Shown one piece after another: positions 11,601-20,600 of a stretch of DNA of 64,000 bases (the first letter of the stretch is position 1; each line of letters begins with the position of its first letter). Made by a program: the position numbers and the translations under genes. The notes under the pieces were generated by a model, which did not search any database, was not told the origin of the DNA, and saw only the letters and a list, made by a program, of their open reading frames with translations. Source of the stretch: Hadesarchaea archaeon (GTDB lineage: Archaea > Hadarchaeota > Hadarchaeia > Hadarchaeales > Hadarchaeaceae); contig JAPDJH010000001.1 of NCBI GenBank assembly GCA_029259175.1, positions 1-64,000 on the forward strand, written 5' to 3'.

Positions 11601-14600
11601 ACGGTGGAATCTAGCGAGAACCTGCAGACCCTGACTGTTAAGGTCATCGCCCCCGACCTTACGGAAAATACCGTTGAGATGTCGGGGCCTGATCTTCTAA
11701 CTCCTGCAGTAGTGTTCTACGATAACCGCTATCCAACAGTCTGGATAAGTGCAGAGGAGGCGAAAACTTGTAGGGATTACTTGGTCAGTAGAGGATTCGA
11801 GGAGATGAACGCGGATGAGCTTAAGACTTTCATGGAAACTAATGGGTCAGGCACAGTCGTGGTAATGGCCCAAGACGTTGTCCCAGATACCGTTGCCAAA
11901 TTGTGTGGTCCAGATGTCACCATTCGAAGATACCTGAACCGTGGTGGCAGGATAGTTTGGATGGGAGAGGTTCCGTTTTATTACCAAGGACATGCAGATG
12001 GAAGCTGGACCGCGTGGGGTGAGCAAGGACAGGAAAACGTGCTGGGTGTTGGTCATGGCACTTGGGACATTGGGGATTTGGTAACGATAACCTCCGCAGG
12101 CCACGAGTGGGGGTTGAAAGAGAACTGGACGAGCAATCGCCCGGCAAACGCAGATAATGTTACCGCTGTTCTCGCCAGCTCTTCAGGAGGAGCCGCAGCC
12201 TGGTTTAAGAACTTCAACTCGGACTATCCGACCTCCGGTTTTGTCAGGATTTGGGATGCAGATGTTTCTCTTTCACCGTCCCTTTTGGCGGATCTTTATG
12301 CTATTGCAACTCACGATATCCAGTTGGTCCGTGCGAGGTGGTCTGGCACCTACACGGCGACACAGGAAGGTACCCACACCGTTAATGTTCAAGGCAAGGA
12401 TTTTGTTGGTTATGAAAACCAGGTACAGGTGACATTTGAAGCGGATTTAACGGATCCAACTGTTGAGAACCTAGAGGCAACTCCGAGCACGTTCGACCCC
12501 TGCCTGGAGAACACGCTCATCACGGCTGACATCTCGGAACCCTCGGATTGGTGGCTGAGCATCATAGACAACACCAGGCCCGCTCCCCTCGGCTCGGGCG
12601 CCGTGGGTTACTGGCCCCTCGACGAGGGTGAGGGAACGACAGCAGGAGACAGCTCGGGCAACGGCAACAGCGGCAGAATCTATGGGGCAACTTGGGTGGA
12701 CGGCAAGTTCGGGAAGGCCCTGAGCTTCGACGGGGTGGACGATTACGTTGAGATTCCAGATTCAGAGAGTTTGGATCTCACCAGCTTCACGGTTGAGGTT
12801 TGGGTATATCCGAGAGAGATCAAGTCCGATTATCAGCCCCTGATAGTCAAGGGGGAGCAGGAGCGTAACTACGGCTTACTCATCCGTCCCGACGAGATGC
12901 GCATCCACTTCTCGTTCAAGCGGACGGACGGGACTTGGGCTGCCAGCGACAGCGTTGGCTCGCTCACGCTGAATGCTTGGAACCACGTTGCCATGACTTA
13001 CGACGGATCGAAGCTCAGGCTCTACCTCAACGGGCAGCTGGATCGTGAGGTGGCAGAGAGCGGTACACCCATGCAAAGTGGCGCCCCCGTAAGAATAGGC
13101 AAAGGGATTTCGATGTTCACACCATTCAAAGGTATGATTGACGAGGTTCGGATCTACAACCGGGCGCTAAGCACAAGCGAGATTGAAGAATACTATGAAA
13201 ACTGTATCAGGGTTCTCAGGAGCTTTGTTGGTTCGGACAACTCGATATCGGAGACTTGGCGCGGTATTCGCGATGTCGAGGTCTGGGTTCAGACCTCGCG
13301 CGCCGATTTCGAGCAGGGAACGCTCACAGATGTCGACACAGCGACTAGACCAGGGGACATCAGACTAGCTGTGGAGTCTAGTAACATTTGGTCTTCGCTT
13401 CCAGACTTACCCCAGAGCCTAATTATCTCCGACGACTATAAACACTGTCGTCATCTCCTTGCCTCAGACAACTTTCACACATATTTTATAAACAACGGAT
13501 ACGCCGCAAACTTTTACTTCGGTGAGTACGACCGGAGATTCAATTCTTGGACGCAATGCGCTTTTCCCCCATCTTTTGGAAGTAAAGGAGTCTTGACTAC
13601 AGGAGAACCCGCCCCAGACGGCAGATATGTGTATTATATAACCAATAGCGGGTACTTCGGAAAGTATGATCTCTCAACCGACTCTTGGACGAGCCTTACT
13701 TATCCTCCCGAAGATTCACCATACGGTGTTTTGACTTCGGACGGAACCTACATCTACTATACTCCTAACTCTGAGGATGGAGATAATGTTTATAGGTACG
13801 ATCCTGGAACAGACTGCTGGACCCTTATCACTAGACTCCCAGGGTGTAGGATGGGAGATCTTATCGCGGACGGCACCTATCTTTATTACATAGCTTACTT
13901 CGGCGCTAGGGGATTTTACAAATATGATCCCTCGACAGACGCTTGGACCCGCCTCCCGGATCCTCCAGAATATTCCGACCGCGGGGTCCTAGCCTCCGAT
14001 GGCACCTATATCTACTACTGCCTAAACAGCGAGGCCAAATTTTACGGGTATGATTTGGAAACAGGCTCTTGGACGGTTCTAGCGGATGTTCCGTATGGAA
14101 CCAATTATGGGCGTCTAGCTTCAGATGGTACCTATGTCTACTACGCCCCGATTTGTGTCTCTGCAAGTAAGTTATATAACTTTTATAAATACACTAGGGT
14201 GGTCTACAAATCGTCGGGGACTTATACCTCGCCGGTCTTCGACGCTGGCAGGGAAGTCAAGTGGGGGACTATTCACTGGAGTGCAACTACGCCATCCGGC
14301 ACATCCCTTTCAATTGAAACACGAAGTTCAAGCGATGGTGTGACATGGTCTGAGTGGCAGCAGTGTACGAATGGTGGAGAGATTCCAAGTCCGAGCGGTC
14401 GTTATCTCCAATACCGGGCCAACCTGAGCACGTCAAAGATCAATCACACACCTTCTCTCCATCACGTTGTAGTGACTTATGGATCTGAAGCTTCTCAGGG
14501 TAGCTACACCATATACGCCGACGCAGTCGATCTGGCGGGCAATCTATCGTCAACGGCATCAACAACGGTATCGGTGAACTTGCCTCCCGAGTTCACCGTA

Positions 14601-17600
14601 AAGGTCTCCCCCGCTCCGAGCCCAGGAGGCTCGGTCACGGTAGAAGTGGTTTCAAACGAGAATTTGGGGGCCACGCCCTCGGTCAAGGTTTGGGCTCCCG
14701 ACAACACCTCGAGCGAAGTCGCGGTCAACAAGATTGCTGACTGTAAGTGGCAGGGCACTTACAACGTGACTCAGACGGGGGCTTACTTGGTCAGGGTCGA
14801 AGGTTATGATTTGAGTGGTCTCCAAGGAACTGCTGAAAATATCTTTGAAGGTGATCTAGTCCCCCCAGTCATTTCGGACCTCTCGGCAGTCCCCAGCCTC
14901 TTCACCCCCGATGGGGACGGTGAGAACGACGAAACCGTGATAACCGCAGATGTCACCGAGGCGGTGGACTGGACGATTAGAATAGAAAACAGCGGCGGTG
15001 CAACTGTAAGGACGATTACGGGTTCCAACTACGACGGACTCGTAGGGTATTGGAAGTTCGACAACGGGTGCGGAATAGTGGCAGACAGTTCTGGCAATGG
15101 AGCTCATGGGACGATTTATGGTGGGGCAACTTGGGTGGACGGCAAATACGGTTCAGCCCTGAGCTTCGACGGGGTGGACGATTATGTTGAGCTACCGCAG
15201 CTGATGACGGGGGTCAACAACACGTTCACGCTGGAGCTGTGGTTCTTCCCCAGGGACAACACGGCTGGGGAGTTATTCGTGCACAGGGCAGATTGGAGGG
15301 ACAAGATGTTGAGGTGGAGCAGTGCGGGCGAGGATAGAAGAGTTAGGTTTATGCTTTTCGTCCCTAACGTGGGTTATGAGGTTCGCTCCGATCCCTTGCC
15401 CCTGAACACCTGGTACCACGTGGTCGGAACCTACGATGGGTCGACCATGAGGCTCTACATAAACGGGGAGGAGGTGGGGAGCCTCGACGTGCAGATCGAC
15501 GTGGACTGGTCGACGAGCTATTACGGGACCTACATCGGGGCGGATGCTTACTTTAACAACAAGTTCTTCAACGGCCTGATCGACGAGGTCCGGGTCTACA
15601 ACCGGGCGCTGAGCGCGGATGAGATCAAGGGGCACTACGAGGGCTGCCAGAGGGCGTTCACCGGCTCGGGAACCTCGATCTCCGTCGTGTGGGACGGGAG
15701 GGACGAGGACGGCTCGATCGTCCCCGACGACAACTACAAGGTCCGCGTCGTCGCGACCGACCCGTCGGGTCGCACGGGGGAGAACGAGATAACCGTTGAG
15801 GTCTACGGCCTCCCGCCGGCCGTGGAGAACCTGGAGGCGACCCCGAGCACGTTCGACCCCTGCGTGGAGAACACGCTCATCACGGCCGACCTCTCGAAGC
15901 AGGCTGATTGGACACTCACCGTCGAAAACCTAGCCCCACCGGAAAACTGGTGGAACCCCAACTGGCAATACCGAACACCCATAACTATCAACAACTCGGG
16001 GAGTGCGCTAACCAATTATCAAATCTTGATTACCCTCGATACCGCCTCTTTGATTTCGGCAGGCAAGCTCCGCTCTGATGCGGGGGATTTGAGATTCGCA
16101 ACACCCGACTGTATAAAACTGTCTTATTGGATAGAGTCTGGCATCAACACAAGTTCAACTAAAGTCTGGGTGAAAGTCCCATCGATCCCCGCAGGAACGA
16201 CAACGATTTACCTCTACTACGGAAATCCGGAGGCGACGAGTGAAAGCAACGGAGATAATGTTTTTGAGTTCTTTGATGATTTCGAGGACAATTCTCTGGA
16301 TACAAGTAAGTGGTCAAAATCAGGCGCTTTTGCTAGTAATATAAATGAAGTAAATCAACACATCGAGTTCTACATGCCACACAGTTTTGACGGTAACAAT
16401 TACACAGTGCTTGCTACAATTAAAGCCGCAAACGGACAATATTGGAGGTGGACATACAACCATGTGAACGATATGAATGCCCAGTCTGAACTCCTTACTC
16501 TCGAGTTTAGCGAAGACGGCAGTACTTGGACCGCTACATGGCAGTGGGGAAGATGGAGCGGGAACCCTCAGCCAGACGGTGTGCTTGATTCGTCGTATAA
16601 TGGAATTTGGGAGTTCAAATGGAATGGAACAGATACTATCGAGATGTTTGTAAATGGGGTCTCAAAAGGAACAAAAACCCTTAACATCCAGCCCAAATAC
16701 ATGCGACTTAAACATCACGGAGTTGACACAACCTATGCAGGAAATCTACAGTTTGACATGGATAATTGTTATTCTCGCAAATACTCCTTCCCAGAGCCAA
16801 CGACCTCGGTGGGAGCAGAAGAAGAGTACGCCTTAGAGCCGAATGTGATTAGATATTGGACAGGTTCGGGAACATCAATTTCCGTGGTGTGGGACGGTCG
16901 AGATCAAGGCGGCTCGGTAGTACCGTACGGCTCTTACACCATCAGAGTTAAGGCTACTGATATGAGCGGCCGTCAAGGTACCGCGTCAGCCCAAGTTCAG
17001 GTAGCAAAGGGTATCGCTCCTCCTCCCCTTGTGGCCCCTGCCGACGGGGAGAACCTAAACGATAACACCCCAACGTTTAGGTGGGACAACACCTATGTGG
17101 CCGATAACTATGAGCTCTGGGTAGATGATGACATCAATTTCGGCTCGCCAGAAGTCAAGGAGAACACGGTTGACAACTGCTATGAGATCACGACCCAGCT
17201 AGCTGAGGGGGTGTATTACTGGAGGGTTCGGGCTTACCAAGGAGAAAGCATCAGCAACTTCTCGTCCGTGTGGTCTTTCCGTATCGACATCACTAAGCCC
17301 GCTGCACCCGCCCTCATTTCACCCAGAGAGGGTACGTGTGGAAATGACCCGACGCCGACACTCGTCTGGGGCACGGTTACTGAAAACTCCTTGCCGGTAC
17401 TCTACCGTGTCTACGTGGATAATGACCCTGATTTCTCATCGATTGAGCGCGATTCGGGCTGGATAACCGACAATCAGTGGGAAGTGACACCAGCTTTACC
17501 AGATGGGACTTGGTACTGGAAGGTACAAGCGAAAGATAATGCCGGCAATGTTGGTGATAATTCAGTATCTCGATCCTTTATCATCGACACAAGTCCGCCA

Positions 17601-20600
17601 GCCGCCCCCATCCTGCTCGCCCCAGAAAACAACGCGCACGTGCAGGCTGGCTCGATAACCTTTGGGTGGTACTCCGCAACCGACACGGGATCAGGGGTTG
17701 CCCGCTACTGGATCCAAGTGGACAACGAGCCGAGCTTCGACCCAACATACTTCGTCTATGAGAACGATCAGGTTACCGAAAACTACCTTTCGTTGACCAT
17801 CGGAAGCCCCGGAACCTACTGGTGGCGCGTGCGGGCCGTGGACGGTGCCGGCAACTTAGGCGAGTGGGCAGATAATTTCAGGTTAGATGTCTGCAGCTGG
17901 CGTTCACTCGAGTCGTGGTCGAGTCCAGCTCAGAGCCGGTTGGTAGGCTGGCACTCTGCTGAACTCTGGATCGAAAACATCGGGTCACAATCACCCTACC
18001 CGGGCCGACCCATCCTCCACTCGCCCGAAAACGCCGCATCTGTCACCCAGACGGTGAAATTGGAGTGGACCAACGGCGCAAACGCGGACAATCACCGTGT
18101 CGAAATCGACAACGACGATAACTGGAACAACGGATGGTATGAAAATGTGTGGGTCGACATGCCAGAGAACAGCGTAACCGTTGTGCTGCCTTACGGTACT
18201 TACTGGTGGCGGGTGGTGGCAGTGAACCAGACGGGAGAGAACACGTCCGAGAACACATGGACGTTTACCGTAGTGGCTGTGTGGAGGGTTCTGGAAGGGT
18301 GGAAGGCCGGAACACTTACGGTAGCAAGCTGGAAGGCGCCGGAAAGCTGGACGGGCAGAGCGAGAGCTGTGGCTTTCTGGCAAAGCCCAGAGTCGTGGAG
18401 CGGGCGCCTCCAAAGCAGGAGGACCAATTGGAGAGTCGCTGAGAGATGGGAATCCGAAGTGCAAACCGTCGCATCGTGCTGGAGCATCGTAGAGGACTGG
18501 AGCGGGGCTGTAAGGATCGCCGTCTCATGGGGGGCCCTCGAGAGCTGGAGCGCTCAGGTTAATGCAAAGGCTCCAATGTGGAGTTCCGTTGAGAACTGGA
18601 CTGGACGGGTGACAGTTAGGATGCTGGCATGGAGTTCTGTTGAGTCATGGACTGGTCAAGCCGGAGCCAAGACTCCAACATGGGGAGCGGTTGAAACTTG
18701 GACAGGTCAAGCAAGGGCTAAGCTCCGGGTATGGAGTTCGATCGAAACTTGGAGTGGAGAGATCAAAGTCAGAGCCCCAGCATGGAGTTCGATCGGGCTG
18801 TGGAATGCTCAAATCAAGTCAAAAGTCTCCGTGTGGTATTCCGTTGAGTCATGGACTGGAACTGTTCAAGCACCGCTTGCCGCACCGACCCAGCCAGTGC
18901 TTTACAGGCCAGGGGACTTCAGAACCCTTGGGGCCTACGAGCCCATCCGATTCGAGTGGACCAACGGGGCAAACGCGGAGAACCATCGCCTGATCGTTGA
19001 CAACAGTCTTGGCTTCGACGACGGGGAGAACGTGCTCGATGTAACGATGATCGGGGACAACTCGTATCTGCTCAGCGAAGGGCTGGCTCCAGGCCTCTAC
19101 TACTGGAAGGTCGTAGCCCAGAACCAAGCTGGAGAAAACGAGTCAGGGGTCTGGTGCTTCTGGACTGCGACTTGGAGATCTTTCGAATCATGGATTGGTC
19201 AAGTTGGAGCCAAGATTCCAACATGGAGAACTGTCGCTGAGTGGTCAGGATTGGCCGAAACTGCCCCGCTTTGGCGCGCTATCGGGAACTGGCAATCGAG
19301 TACCCTCAGCGCGGCCCCACTTCTCCTCTCCCCGGCCAACAATACCATCACCAACACGCCGACCGTCACGCTTCGCTGGGACAACCTGTGCCCAGTGGAC
19401 ATCTTCTGGCTCCAGGTGGACAACGACCCCGACTTCTCCTCCCCCACCATCGACAACGACAACATCGGGGAGAACTCCTACACCGCCACGCTCGGGGACG
19501 AGGTGTGGTACTGGCGTGTGGGAGGATACCGCTCTGGAAACCAGCTACGGTGGTCAGAGGTTTGGAACTTCCAGATTGATACCGCTCGACCACAGTTCTT
19601 CGACATGAGTGTCCCCTCCTCACCAACAACCGAGACCTCTCTGGACTACAGCGGAAAAGTCAACGGGACGGGAACCGACATCACATGGCTGCGCTACAGC
19701 GTGGATGGTGGCGCGTGGGAGCCCATCGTCGACATCAGTCCTGCCCTCCCGGCCCCAGAGGTGAGCTTCAGCTTCAACACAGGGGCCCTCTCGACCGGCG
19801 ACCACACCATTCAAATCAAGGCCATAGACGCGGCGGGAAATGAGAAAATCTATGCTCACACGGTAACCATCCAAGAGGCTGGCGCTCCCGCTCCCGGTCC
19901 AGCTCCCGCCCCCGCGCCCACACCGGTTCCGCCCGTGTCCTTCGTCGAAAACATCGAGCCTTACTGGCACTCGCGGCTCCCGGTAACCATCACTGCGCAA
20001 GCCAGCGACGCGGACGGGACGGTCACAAGCGTCACCCTCTACTACCGCTACCGCGCGAATGAGAACGACCTCTGGAGCGAGTGGAAGAGTTTCGCGACCG
20101 ACACCGAAGCCCCCTGGAGCTGGTCCTTCACCGCCCCAGAAAACGATGGACACTACGAGTTCTATTCGATCGCCACGGATGACGGCAACAACACCGAGGC
20201 CCCGCCCGAAACCGCCGACACCCGCTGCGGAATCGACACAACTGCACCCATCATCTCCTCTCTGCTTATCAACGAGGGGGCCTTCTTCACCACTTCTCCG
20301 CAAGTCACCCTGAGCGTGAGCGCCTTTGACAACGGTTCCGGCGTCGATTCCATCCAGCTCAGCACCGACCTGTATACGTGGACCAAGTGGCAGCCCTACT
20401 CCGACTCGATCAGCTTCACCCTCCCGACCGGCGACGGGCTCAAAACCGTGTACGCCCGCGTGCGCGACCGAGCCGGGAACGTGAGTGAGGTGGCATCAGA
20501 CTCGATCGAACTTCATACCGAGAGCGGAGTAATTTTCATCGAGCACGCCGAGGAGAACGAGAGCCCCTCCTGCGACTTCTCCCAGTTCGGCTTCAGCACA

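Noticed and set aside
10801-15623. Diverged LamG copies as a DGR template/variable repeat pair
   Set aside because: No reverse transcriptase in the window; differences include non-adenine changes and a 3-bp indel; both copies are coding.
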